A stretch of 64,000 bases of DNA. Source: the human T2T-CHM13v2.0 reference genome, Homo sapiens. The stretch lies in the NCBI RefSeq assembly GCF_009914755.1, contig NC_060936.1. One strand, given 5' to 3'. The first letter of the stretch is position 1, and the number at the start of each line of letters is the position of its first letter. The notes under the pieces were generated by a model, which had not been told where the DNA came from, searched no databases, and saw nothing but the letters and a program-made list of their open reading frames with translations. Shown one piece after another: positions 1 through 17,388 of the stretch. A program made the position numbers and the translations under genes.

Positions 1-435
1 CAGCCAAACATGAGGAGTTTTCTAGCACCTTCTCCCCAGTCTGCTAACAATCTTTATTATTTGCTTATTGGAGTTTCCAAAGATCTTGCCAAGATTAAGA
101 CCAAATTCTTTAGTCACTTCAACAACTGAATTATTGAAGAAGAATTTGTGACGAATGATAAGAGCTTGAACTTGATCTCCCTTTTTGGGTTCTGCAGTTC
201 CCTATTCTCAGAAAACACAGTCTTCCACCTGAAGCGTGTCACCATATGATTTGTACGCCAGCACATGTGTTGCTTAAGATTTTCTAAAATAATCTCCATT
301 GCCACTGAGGACAATGAACTTCTGCAAAAGTGAATCTGTCAATCAGGGATCCTCTCTTCAGAGCCCTTAGCTTGTTACTCAGCTCATTTCTGGAGTTGAG
401 GGAAACATTGGTGTCCACATATTAAATAAATACTG

Positions 436-590
436 CAGGGGCTCCCAAATTGGAGTTCACTGGCCCTACTGGGAGGGTTTGCCTGAAAATGTGTGCTGAT
501 GGCATTTTCCTGGGAAAATAACTGCCAGCTTTCATCAGATTCTCAAGAGATAGGAGTTTTGACTTCTAAAATGCTAAAAGTCTATTGCAT
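436..590. mobile_element. Degenerate hAT-Charlie-type MITE
   Basis: CAGGGG..., and AGCTTTCATCAGATTCTCAA resembling Charlie-family MERs. Confidence 0.4.
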
Positions 591-708
591 TAACTTTTCA
601 AGATGCCAAAACAACTTCACATCTTAGCCCTACAGAGAACCCTAAAGCTGCATTTCTGTTTTTGCATCTGTAACGTAGGGTTGTATATATATACATATAT
701 CTCCAACA

Positions 709-1041
<333 letters not shown>

Positions 1042-1160
1042 CTAGGCAGCAACCCTAGCTTCCACTCAACACTTTTGCCAGGTTCATTTATTAATATCCT
1101 GCATAATCAAACTCTAGAGACAATAGTTGGGGAAATGCTAGCTTAGAAAGTTTACTTGTT

Positions 1161-1588
<428 letters not shown>

Positions 1589-1611
1589 TTATTTACATTA
1601 AAAAAAAAATA

Positions 1612-1925
<314 letters not shown>

Positions 1926-1933
1926 AAAGTTCA

Positions 1934-2330
<397 letters not shown>

Positions 2331-2439
2331 TCACCACACCTGTAGTATTAATATGTGACAAGCATGGGCTGGGTGCTGTGGAGTTTGCCGTTGGGACTGA
2401 GCACCTGGTCGAAGGCAGCCTCAACTGCACACACAGGTC

Positions 2440-2600
2440 TCCAGGGCTGAGAGCGTGCACATGAAGTGGAATTAACCCAAATTTGGATCTGGCCCAGCCC
2501 ACCTCACTAGAAGTTGAACCTTAGGGAAAATCACAAAACATCTTTGAACTTCAGTTTAGATTCCTCATCTGTGACATGGGGGTACACAGATAACGACTGC
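2440..2600 (+). mobile_element. MIR
   Basis: cttcagtt...cctcatctgt..atgggg core. Confidence 0.6.
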
Positions 2601-2699
2601 CATACATGACTTGTGATTATTTTAGGGCTTGATGTGTATGTTGATCTGGATCCTGCCTCTTTCTTCTCCAACTTTGCCTCTTAGCCCCCAGGTGCATTT

Positions 2700-3260
2700 T
2701 CCTGCAGCCTCCTCTCCTCCTCCCGCTTTTTTTCTGTGTCTTGAATGCCAAACTCATTTCCATCCCAGGCTCTTTGCACCTGCTGCTTCCTCTGCCAGGA
2801 GGTGCTCCTCCAAATATTTGCATCTCTGCTTTTTGTTTTGCTCACTCCTTCATTTTTCTGAGGCAGGGTGGGGAGGCACTCCATTTTTCTTGGGGGTTTC
2901 ACTGTGCTGTCCAGGCTGGTCTCAAACTCCTGGCCTCAAGCCATCCTCCTGTGTAGCTGCTTAGCGGGGATATAGGCACCAGACACCCTGCCCGCCTGCT
3001 CACTCTTAAGTCTTCTTCTTGGGTTTCAGCTCACACCGCTTTCCTCCTCAGAGATTTTTCCTGGCTATTCGCACACTGTCTTCATAATCTTTCTCTTTTG
3101 TATTGTTGTTTTTGACACTTCTTATCTAATACTTTACCAATGTGTTTATTTTTTAAAAATCATTTCTTCTCATAAGGATTTGTTCAGGGCTGTAGCTCCT
3201 GGACATGGGGCAGTGCCCAGAAGAGTGAAGAGCTCAGTAATATGTTGAACGAATGAACCA
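2700..3260 (+). mobile_element. L2 3' end, interrupted by an antisense Alu monomer fragment (~2885-2995)
   Basis: tttgcacctgctgcttcctctgcc..., ending gctcagtaatatgttgaacgaatgaa. Confidence 0.6.
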
Positions 3261-4199
3261 AATAAGGTGGCTTGAAAAGGGTGTAGACTAGTACAGATTA
3301 AAAACAAATCAACATTAGTGATTACCGTTTTATACCTGTTATTATAAGATCTACATATCAGAAGAAGGACTGTGTGTTAACATTTGCATAACAAATTGGC
3401 TCAAAAAAGTAATTGGTCCAAAACAATAGTCCCCTATCAAAGGTGAGGTTAGGCTCCAATAATGCAAAACTGAAGTTACTGGCAGCTTTGAAATCACAGA
3501 CCCTCTTCACTCTCCCCACCCACAAGGTTTACAAAAAATTCTTAGGCGGTTTTCCCCCTGGCCAAAATGTGACAGCTATTAAAATGGCAGGTTTCAGGTT
3601 AGCCAAGTGAGAGGCAGACATGTGTTTCAGGGGACAGGAAGGTTATTTCCACCGTGTACAAGTGGATGCTGCTTTGGACACTGATGGACAGGTAACATAA
3701 AATGGGCGAATCTGCAGGGGGATGAACTGGGAGGAAAGTATTTTAGGTGGAGGGAGCGTCTCATAATTTCCAACAGAGCCACCCCAAATAAACCTTGAAG
3801 CCAAGTAAGAGAAGAGAACGGGACCTGCATTAGGAATGCAGCAGCCTCAGGTATGTCCAACCACATGGCCCCCCATAAGGTTTTCCTAACCATTTTGGAG
3901 CCGCTACTGAATTTAGGTGTGGAGGAAAGCAAGAGCATGGATTCTATTATCCCCACTCAACTGAGTGGCAAGATATAAGGCTAAGGCTCAAGAGCCTTGA
4001 ATGTCAGGACAAGGGCCCTAAGCCTTTAAGCTCTCTAAGGCGATCAGTGAATGGCAGTGTAAGTAAAGTAGTTTAGGAGGAAAGACCGATTTGGAGAGTC
4101 CAGAGTGAAGGCTGTTGACAGTCCAGGCAAGAAAGAGAGTATAGAGTCCAGAATTGGGAGAGAAGTAATATGAATTAAAAAAAGAAGGGTGGGCCTGAG

Positions 4200-4640
4200 T
4201 TGCATGGGTTAGAAGTTTCCGGTGGGGCTATGCAATCTGAAGAGCTGCAACCTAAATTGGGCGGGGGATTCATGGGGCTTGTTCTAATGCTTTTTTGCTT
4301 TTTGGCTGATGGGATGCAAACTACTATGTGCCTCTTCAAAATAATAGCCCCTGGTGTCTACTAATCATATCATGAAATAGAAATTGTGAAGGCACTGTAT
4401 CTTTTAAAAAAAATCCCCTTTTGAAGAACTTCCTTAAAAACAGCTATTTAATGCAACTCTGCCAGTATGTTCTTGATGGTTATGTCTTAACAATTCTAAT
4501 TTTTAAAAAAAATATTACTATTTTTTTTCATCAGAGCCATTGCACTGGAAAATAATTTTTTATTTTCATGATAGCCTACCGTTGAATTTACCGTTCTGAT
4601 ATTAATGAAACATCTCTATAAAGGGTTGAAGTGTCTTCCC
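4200..4640 (+). promoter_or_regulatory. SPIC proximal promoter region
   Basis: Repeat-free DNA upstream of the exon-1 donor, with a GC box (GGGCGG ~4259), kB-like AAAATCCCC (~4410), an ETS core ACTTCCT (~4428) and TATAAA at 4617-4622. Motifs only, function not shown. Confidence 0.45.
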
Positions 4641-4641
4641 G
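4560..4641 (+). other. SPIC: Probable SPIC non-coding first exon (5' UTR); 5' boundary uncertain
   Basis: Strong donor CCG|GTAAGT at 4641/4642 in repeat-free DNA, 1.3 kb upstream of the acceptor at 5968/5969. The TSS cannot be determined from sequence. Confidence 0.6.
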
Positions 4642-5968
4642 GTAAGTTCTCAGCTTATGTTTTTCTAAATATCTTCTAATCACTGTTCATTTTTTCCTTT
4701 GGCCTAATGAGTGTTTCTCACTGTCTGCGTGTTCAGATGCAAGAAATATTAAGCAATCATAGTAATCAATAATGTTTTCAAGCTTTTTCTTCCTTTTAGA
4801 TTTGCTACTTGTAATAGCTGCGATAGTCTTGTGGAGCATTTTAGTCAAAGAGAACATGTTCATTTTTAAATATTTAATTCAAAATACAACATTCAGTGCT
4901 TCTGCACTTTTGAGTCAAAGCAGTTAATTGAAAATCACTGACATGGCTTTTAAAAAATATGTGCTACTGATAATATTCACTAAAGACCATGAGCCGAAGA
5001 GTGATTTCTGGATTTTCTTCTATTTTCTTTTAACTGACATGATGTAATGATTTCAAAGAGCCAAGCAGAATTTTGATATTTAATATATGTTATGTTGATA
5101 TATGATGGATATATATAATATTGGCATTAGATTACATCATCTCATTTTATTATTCAAAGTTAAACACTAAAGAGTAAACACATTGTGTTTGCGGGTAAAT
5201 ACTAAGAAGATAAATACTTGCATAAAAAGAACTGCTGGGTTTACTTAATGGAATGATAAGCAATTTTGGACCCACCACAGTTCTTTTTATTATGTGGGTT
5301 GGTTTTTGTTTGTTTGTTCCCTGTGTTGGTCTATAGAACGTAGAGTTAAAAGCATTTAATTGTGGGTCGGTGTGATAATTGTTTCTCTAAAGCAAAATCA
5401 GAATTACTTAGAGATAAGAAAGTAAATAACAAAATTATAGACGAGTTTTCTTAGCCTAGGATTCAAGCAAGTCCAAGGATAGTCTTCACAGGCTAAATTT
5501 TATTTGCAATATAAGTCCAATTTTCATGGGAGGAAAAGGATGGCTTTTGCCAGATTCTCAGAAGGCAATATAACACCAAAGAAAGGTTTTTTAAAAAAGC
5601 CCTATTTTTATAAAGCTATGCTAAGGTAAAAAGGATTTTGATTTTCAGAATTTTAGAATATTTAAAATAATTTTGAAATACTTATATATACTTTTGAGTT
5701 ATTTCCACTTTCTCTTATCAATCAAGCAGCTCAGATAATTAAATATATAGCTATTTTAATATTTAAAGCATTTTGTAATCATGGAAAAGAAAAAAGAAAT
5801 GTTTGTAGAAAATTTCGTGGAAAAAAATTTGTACTCATCAAAGAGAATTCAGGAGGTACTCTTGGTTTATGTAAGGTATTTTCAGAAAATATTTTTGAGC
5901 AAGATCTTATTCAGAATCAAATTAGAGACTGCATTTAATTTTGCTTTTTAAATATTAAACTTTTTCAG

Positions 5969-6045
5969 GATTGTCAACTTATTTTATTTTATTTTCTTCA
6001 AGCAACAATTGCTAAGGAACAGAATTGTCAATTTATTAATGAAAT
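5969..6045 (+). other. SPIC: SPIC exon 2, 5' UTR portion
   Basis: Acceptor tttttcag|GATT at 5968/5969; the exon runs to the ATG at 6046-6048. Confidence 0.8.
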
Positions 6046-6048
6046 ATG
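6046..6048 (+). CDS. SPIC: SPIC coding exon 1: initiator ATG only, at the end of exon 2
   Basis: aatATG|gtaagc; a phase-0 join to ACG TGT GTT GAA gives the recognised N-terminus [11 protein letters not shown]. Confidence 0.88.
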
Positions 6049-6400
6049 GTAAGCTGACATTTTAATATTTTCTTTACTCTGTCCACAGAGGAGCTCTACA
6101 GCATAATAATTAAAAAACTTTTTTCTTTACTCTCCCTCCATTTTAAAAATAAAATATATCGATCATATTAATAAGGATATGAAATAGTTTGCAAAGCAAT
6201 TCAATTTTAGGTCTTGGAGACATAAGAGCATTTCATTTTTAAACAACAATTCATAGGTTCTGTTTCATTGAAGATATTTCCTTGGCCCTTTTTTTCTAAA
6301 TCACTCTCCTCTGCTCTACAACTCCTTGCTAAAATTTTGCAATAATGTTAAATACTGTACTATAGAATGAATACCATTCTCTAAATAGTACACTATAATG

Positions 6401-6612
6401 GAGTGTGTTTCAACTGTGATTGATTTTGTGCCTCAGGGTACATTTGGTGATGTCGGAAACATTTTTGACGGTCACAACTGTGAAGGTACTACTGGCAACC
6501 AGTGGGTAGGGGTCAGGGAAGCTGCTAAACATCGTACAATGCACAGGCAGCCCCCCTGACAACAGAGACAGCCAACACCAAATGCCCATAGTGTCAAGAT
6601 TGAGAAACCCTC
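6401..6612 (+). mobile_element. MER20 (hAT-Charlie) in SPIC intron 2
   Basis: Collinear with the MER20 consensus (GATTTTG..CAGGG.ACATTTGG...GCTGCTAAACATC.TACAATGCACAGG...TTGAGAAACCCT). Confidence 0.85.
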
Positions 6613-6698
6613 CTTTAGACTAAATACTATTTTAAATCAGGGAGATTAAGTTTAATTGGTAATTCGAAAACTCCAGAATTCTATCATTGTTCCAACAG

Positions 6699-6792
6699 AC
6701 GTGTGTTGAACAAGACAAGCTGGGTCAAGCATTTGAAGATGCTTTTGAGGTTCTGAGGCAACATTCAACTGGAGATCTTCAGTACTCGCCAG
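6699..6792 (+). CDS. SPIC: SPIC coding exon ([31 protein letters not shown])
   Basis: tccaacag|ACG...CCAG|gtaaag; 94 nt, phase 0 to 1. Confidence 0.95.
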
Positions 6793-6875
6793 GTAAAGAT
6801 GAGTCATTTACCCTCTTCTGCTGGTACATCAAATGGCTTGTTGGTCACATACACATATAAGAATAATGATCAGCT

Positions 6876-7470
<595 letters not shown>

Positions 7471-7991
7471 GACCTTTTTTATCTTTAATTTAATTTTTAT
7501 TTGTTTATTTTTTTGTAGAGACAGGGTCTCACTATGTTGCCCAGGCTGGTCTGGAACTCCTGGACTCAAAAACGAGATCATTTTTACCTGAAGCATCCAG
7601 GATTAATTCTAGCAAAGGCAAAATATGTCCAGGAGTATCTAGCCTAAATAAAACTAAAGTCTCACATATAAAAATGCAGAGAATATAGAGGATGACATTC
7701 CACCCAGAAATACAAAGATATATAATTATCTGCTATTAGAAATATCTGGTTGACATTTATTTATCTAATAGACAGTTCATTTTAACTATTCACGAAAGGC
7801 TTTTAAATTGTTCCAATGAATCTTATAGACCTTCCACCCACACAACAAGATATATTCTACTTGGAAGAATAAGTATTTTTATCCTTCCTCACCCATTATC
7901 CTATGGACTATATAGTCTAAATAGAATGCAAATATGTTATGTATTAAGTTTATATAGGGTATTACAGGGTGTTCCAAGATAAGAGAAATCA

Positions 7992-8510
<519 letters not shown>

Positions 8511-8733
8511 TCATGCGGTTTCAGCCTGCAAGGAGCATGTTCTCCAAATGGGATATGTATAACAGTATCCATAATAGCAGCATAATGAGATAAACACCAC
8601 AGGAGAAGTGCAAAGTGGCAAGAAAACATAGATGAGAGCAATTGCATCTATAAGTGCATATATATACACACATATTTATATGCACAAATACAAACTTTGA
8701 CTTTTTTAGTTTCTTTCTCTGATTTAAAATTAG

Positions 8734-8846
8734 ATTACAGAAATTACCTGGCTTTAATCAACCATCGTCCTCATGTCAAAGGAAATTCCAGCTGCTATGG
8801 AGTGTTGCCTACAGAGGAGCCTGTCTATAATTGGAGAACGGTAATT
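8734..8846 (+). CDS. SPIC: SPIC coding exon ([38 protein letters not shown])
   Basis: aattag|ATTAC...GTAATT|gtaagt; 113 nt; contained in ORF 8697..9029. Confidence 0.95.
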
Positions 8847-8850
8847 GTAA

Positions 8851-9268
<418 letters not shown>

Positions 9269-9857
9269 TGAAAATGCTTTTTAAGGGCCATCAGCTGTAG
9301 TCTGAACTTGACAGTCAACATGGATGATCATATGCTGTTAGGAAGGAAATAACCCTTCATCATTGCTCTCTACTTAGCCTCAGACTGGTTTGGATGACTT
9401 CGTAAAAAGGAGGTGTTTTCAGGATGTTAATATCAGTTGCTTCTCCTTAGTCCATCTGGGAAATTGCAAAAAGTTTCCCCTAAAAGCCACAGGGCAAAGA
9501 TCCAAACTGCCCCTGCACTGGTTTTACCTACAGTCTTGTATTAGACTGCTCTGTTTTCCTTCTCAAACTCAGTGTTATCTGCATGTATTGGACCAATTCA
9601 TTGATATTTTATTAATAGCAGCATCTGCAAAGGGAAACACCCTGCCATCTCCCCATTCATGTATTCTTTTAGTTGTCTTCTTCATGCATCCATTTTATCA
9701 AGCGGTCTTCATGGGATGAGGTATAAATGTGAATTGGTTTTTATTTTTCTTCAGTCACTACCTTCAATCACACCATGTCAAATGTCCTTTTTCTGTTTCT
9801 ATAAATTGTTCCCTTGGGGCCTCTTCACAAGACATTTTATTTTAAGAGAGTGCTTTG

Positions 9858-9982
9858 GGCTGGGCTCAGTGGCTCACGCCTGTAATCCCAAAGTTTTGGG
9901 AGGCTGAGGAGGAAGGATCACTTGAGCCCAAGAGTTCGAGACCAACCTGGGCAACAGAGCAAGACCCTGTCTCAAAAAAAAA
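9858..9982 (+). mobile_element. Alu monomer (FLAM-like)
   Basis: Left monomer ending gcaagaccctgtctc-polyA. Confidence 0.85.
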
Positions 9983-10047
9983 TTTTGTAAATAAAAATTT
10001 TAAATAGAGGGTGCTTTGGTTCCAGCTTAACCTCTTCCACCTCCACT

Positions 10048-10107
10048 TAGGGTTGCCAGGTAAAATGCAAGATGCCCAATATTTTGTTTGCTAAATCTGG
10101 CAACCCT
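10048..10107. mobile_element. Internally deleted MER53-like MITE
   Basis: Perfect 11-bp TIR AGGGTTGCCAG / CTGGCAACCCT. Confidence 0.7.
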
Positions 10108-10346
10108 TCTTCTTTCTACTTCAGCTCCCATTTTCTAGCATGTGCCTCACAGCCTCTTATCCCTGGGGACTCCTTGCCTGCTGGTCAGCCTTCTTGATTG
10201 GGGTGTGGAAAGACAGCTCAAGCCCAGCCCCTTCCGGTGTTTAACCCTTGGAAACCCACATATTCTTCTTGCCATATGTAAATGGTAGAAGCTTGGGCTG
10301 CTTCTTCCTGTCCCCTTTCTTTATTCTGCCTTCCCTTGGCTGTCAT

Positions 10347-11523
<1,177 letters not shown>

Positions 11524-11945
11524 CTTTCTTGTCTTGTAAAATTTTTATTGTTTTCATTACTTATTTTATTTTATCTTCCCAGCTGCCTACTGACATCTTT
11601 CTTTTCTTATCTCCCCTTGCCTACATGGGCATCCAACACAGGAATGGAAGCCCATCTTCCCTTTCTGATGGTACCACAGACTTTAAGCAATCCCTTCTTT
11701 CTTGTAGGGAGGGTAGGACATGACACTCCTCACAAAGCCAAGGATTACCCTCTGTCCCCTGGTCCTCTCCTTATGTGGGTTTGATGCTAGTGCTGCCCTG
11801 GGAGCTATCTGGCTGCAGTTGGGGGTAATTCCTTTTGCAATCTGGGAGACGCTTAGCCTCTTTTTCCCCTAACTTTTGACTTCAGCCTATAATAGGGGGC
11901 AACAGGGAAAGTCTCACTTAACATCCTGCTTCATTATTTATATAG

Positions 11946-12054
11946 AACAGTGCTGCGGACTTCTATTTTGAAGGAAATATTCATCAATCTCTGCAGAACA
12001 TAACTGAAAACCAGCTGGTACAACCCACTCTTCTCCAGCAAAAGGGGGGAAAAG
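11946..12054 (+). CDS. SPIC: SPIC coding exon ([36 protein letters not shown])
   Basis: tatag|AACAGT...AAAG|gtacgt; 109 nt; frame consistent with both neighbours. Confidence 0.95.
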
Positions 12055-12240
12055 GTACGTTGATCCATCATTCGTTATACAGGTAAAAGAACCAGATCTT
12101 CCTCATAGCTGCTTTAAAGGGATTTTATAACTGAGTTTGGAATTGAATTTGCAAAATATTCTTTTATCACATTTGAGAGTAATTTAACTCTGACTTCTTG
12201 AAACAGTCCAAGCCATTCATCTTGGGTGAGACTTCCTGTG

Positions 12241-12363
12241 TTTTTTTTTTTTTTTTTTTTCTGAGACAGAGTCTCACTCTGTTGTCCAGGCTGGGTCTGA
12301 AACTCCTGGACTCAAGCCATCCAAAGTGCTGGGATTACAGGTGTGAGCCACCACACCCAGCCT
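12241..12363 (-). mobile_element. Alu monomer, partly deleted
   Basis: polyT-gagacagagtctc...gagccaccacacccagcc. Confidence 0.8.
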
Positions 12364-12404
12364 CCTATTTTTAAATTTTTTTATTTTTATTTTTTACTTT
12401 TTGA

Positions 12405-13045
<641 letters not shown>

Positions 13046-13221
13046 ATATAATTTTTTTAAATGTGATTCAGGCAGCCCCCCCGAACCAAAATAGGTTCAG
13101 AGAGACTCCCTCACCAATACATTTTATTTATTTATTTTTATTTTTATTTATTCATTTATTTATTTTTTAATTTTTTTGAAACAGAGTCTAGCTCTTTTTA
13201 TTTTTCAAAATAGAAGTATTA

Positions 13222-13778
<557 letters not shown>

Positions 13779-13845
13779 TCAAGGAGGCTACCTGATTCAC
13801 TTTAAAAAATAATTATAGGCCAGGCATGGTTAAAAAAAAATTATA

Positions 13846-14085
<240 letters not shown>

Positions 14086-14937
14086 TTAAAAGATGATGAT
14101 CCATTAAGACCAATTTGATCACTGAATGAGAGACAGAGGAGTTTTGTTTAAGCTGTGACTTTAATTCATGATGTGTTTTTTGGTAAGTCCCTTTCATTTC
14201 TCAATTCATAAACTCAAGATAATATAATACAAAAGATAATCTTTGTAAAAATGTTTGAGGTCTTTGGATGAGTGATAAATGCATCATGCAAGAGTATTAT
14301 TCCCCAGAGACTGTTTAAAGCAGTTTGGGAATCCACTAGTATACCTCCTCAAGGGAAAATGGAATTTGGCTGCAAATTTTTTAGCTACTGACAGATCTGG
14401 CAGAGCACAGTATTTACAGACTAACTCAGAAGTCACAAAATGGGCTGTCACTTTTGTTCTCATGAGCTGTTATGCAAAAGAAATCCTATCAACTGAACAA
14501 AACCCACACAGATTCTCTCAAAATTTCCTGCCTAGTTATTTTGAAATATAAATGGCTGTGTTCCTAAGATTCTAGTGGCACTATTTATTCCACAACAATG
14601 AGAAATATCACAGTGCCCATTGCATTGTTAAATGAATAATGTTAAAGTGATATAAAAACATTTTTGGCATTTCCATATGAGTTTTTCTCCTTTTTTATTT
14701 TTCAAGTAATTGTGCAAACCCAGAGTTAGCACTTTTACCTAGGTCTTCGGTATTAATTTCCTTAATATTACCTTACATTTGCATTCTATTTTGCATTTTA
14801 CAAAGTGCATTTACATCCCTTAACTCATTTGAATAAAGCCCCTTAAAATGACTTGTTTTCTGGAAATGGCTTTTTGAGGCTTCTCTTCGAAACTGCTAAA
14901 CTTGTGGTCCATTTTGCTCAATGTTGTTCTGTGGAAA

Positions 14938-15258
14938 GTTTGTTTTGTTTTGTTTTTTGAGACAGATTCTCGCTCTGTTGCCCAGGCTGGAGTGCAGTGG
15001 CGCGATCTCGGCTCACTGCAGCCTCCACCTCAAATGATTCTCCTGGGTTCGAGGGAGAATCCTCAGGGGACTGCCTCAGCCTCCCGAGTAGCTGGGATTA
15101 CAGGCGCGTGCCACCCTGCCTGGCTAATTTTTGTATTTTTAGTAGAGACGGGATTTCACCATATTGGCCAGGCTGGTGAACTCCTGACCTCAAGTGATCC
15201 GCCCTCCTCGGCCTCCCAAAGTGCTGGGACTACAGGCGTGAGCCATCACGCCCGGCCA
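14938..15258 (-). mobile_element. AluS with a local micro-rearrangement
   Basis: Antisense dimer. Confidence 0.9.
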
Positions 15259-15500
15259 GGCAACATTCTTAACAACTTCTCCAACAAAGAAAGATCCAGT
15301 TGAAACTTCAATAGGCCAAATAGATCCTCTACCTTCGAATCCCATAAAATGATGCCATCATGCATTCGTAAGGGCAGTGAGTGGGAGAAAAACCAGTCTC
15401 GATGCAGCTTTTAATTCAGTAGTTGCTCAACAAACCCTTTCTGAGGATGTTCTCGGTTTACAGCCACGGTGGAGTTTGACCTTGTTTCCCTTCATTTTAG

Positions 15501-15928
15501 GCAGGAAGAAGCTCCGACTGTTTGAATACCTTCACGAATCCCTGTATAATCCGGAGATGGCATCTTGTATTCAGTGGGTAGATAAAACCAAAGGCATCTT
15601 TCAGTTTGTATCAAAAAACAAAGAAAAACTTGCCGAGCTTTGGGGGAAAAGAAAAGGCAACAGGAAGACCATGACTTACCAGAAAATGGCCAGGGCACTC
15701 AGAAATTACGGAAGAAGTGGGGAAATTACCAAAATCCGGAGGAAGCTGACTTACCAGTTCAGTGAGGCCATTCTCCAAAGACTCTCTCCATCCTATTTCC
15801 TGGGGAAAGAGATCTTCTATTCACAGTGTGTTCAACCTGATCAAGAATATCTCAGTTTAAATAACTGGAATGCAAATTATAATTATACATATGCCAATTA
15901 CCATGAGCTAAATCACCATGATTGCTAA
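15501..15928 (+). CDS. SPIC: SPIC last coding exon: ETS DNA-binding domain and C-terminus
   Basis: ttcattttag|[12 protein letters not shown]...[46 protein letters not shown] is the SPI-subfamily ETS signature. Ends NHHDC-TAA. Total CDS 3+94+113+109+428=747 nt. Confidence 0.98.
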
Positions 15929-16280
15929 ATATACTTTCATATTTCATGGTTTACTGGCATCGGAAATCTCTACAAGTTTTAATGATTTCTCCCTCCCTCT
16001 CTTTTTTTCCTCCTCTGAAGAAATTTAGGATTTTTCTCTTAAAGCAAATACTAAAGAGGAAAAAAAATTAACTTTATTGTTGCTTTTATCAAAGAGTATG
16101 TAATCTATACTAACTTGTTGGGAAATTCTGCCAATGAACAACTTTTTTATAATACTTTGTGAAGATTCAATGAACAACTTTATTGTTTCAAATGATCAAG
16201 CCCATTTGAAAGTATAGACTAAGGTCCTTGCTCTGCTCTTACTATTCTCTCTCTATTAAAATTTTTATTTTTTTATTTTA
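15929..16280 (+). other. SPIC: SPIC 3' UTR; candidate polyA signal ATTAAA at 16255-16260
   Basis: AT-rich unique sequence after the stop; ATTAAA followed by a U-rich tract. End position inferred. Confidence 0.5.
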
Positions 16281-16309
16281 TTATTTTTTAAAGATGTCTC
16301 AGCCAAGAT

Positions 16310-16505
16310 AATTTTTTATTTTTATGGATTTAGGAGTACAAGTGCAGTTTTGTTGCTTTGATATATTGCATAGTGGTGAAATATGCATCCTCATCACCAG
16401 AATAGTGAACACTGTACCCAATAGGTAGGATTTCATCCCTCATCCCCCTGGCATCCTCCCACCTTTCAGAGCCTCCAGTGTCCATTACTCCATTCTGTAT
16501 GACCA
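16310..16505 (-). mobile_element. Old L1 (PB/MA) 3' end fragment
   Basis: agtacaagtgcagttttgtt...atagtgaacactgtacccaataggta. Confidence 0.75.
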
Positions 16506-16692
16506 TTGCTAAGCTCCCAACTATACCCACTTTATTTTATTTTAAAAATTGTTTTCTTTTGCTGCATACTTCAATGGATGCAAAGTCTTTTTCTTTTTTC
16601 TTTTTTTCTTTTCTTTTCACAGACGATGACTTCTTTTTTTGTTTGTTTGTTTGTTTTTGGCTGCTAACTCCCAAGCACAACACTGACAGTGA

Positions 16693-17014
<322 letters not shown>

Positions 17015-17388
17015 TATTTTTAATTTTTTTAAGAGGCAAAGCCTACCTCTGAAGCTCTCTCTTTTTTTCTTTTCACACTTCAATAAGCTGGTTTAAATTC
17101 TTGCTATTCTCTATGCAACCACCTTCTTCTAGATTAACAGTGCCAGTACAGATGATTTGATTTATATATTGATTTCAGCATTTTCTTGTCATGTACTCAG
17201 GTGAGAAAATTCACACTTTTATATGATGGCTTTACAAAAAAATTTTGTAAATGACTGCATATGATAAAGCCTTTGTGCCAAAATGGGTTCATAGCTTTAA
17301 AAACATCACTAGAAATGTCTGTTCAGCTTCCTTACACATTTTTTTATTTCCTTCTCTTTTGATCTTACCCATTTTTACAACTTAAAGC

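Noticed and set aside
4911-4917. BACH1/MARE site explaining heme induction of SPIC
   Set aside because: Only the AP-1 core TGAGTCA is present; the flanking GC of a MARE is absent.
15377-15500. N-terminal extension of the 183-aa ETS ORF
   Set aside because: Starts at a GTG in intron 5; the real exon begins at the AG at 15499-15500.
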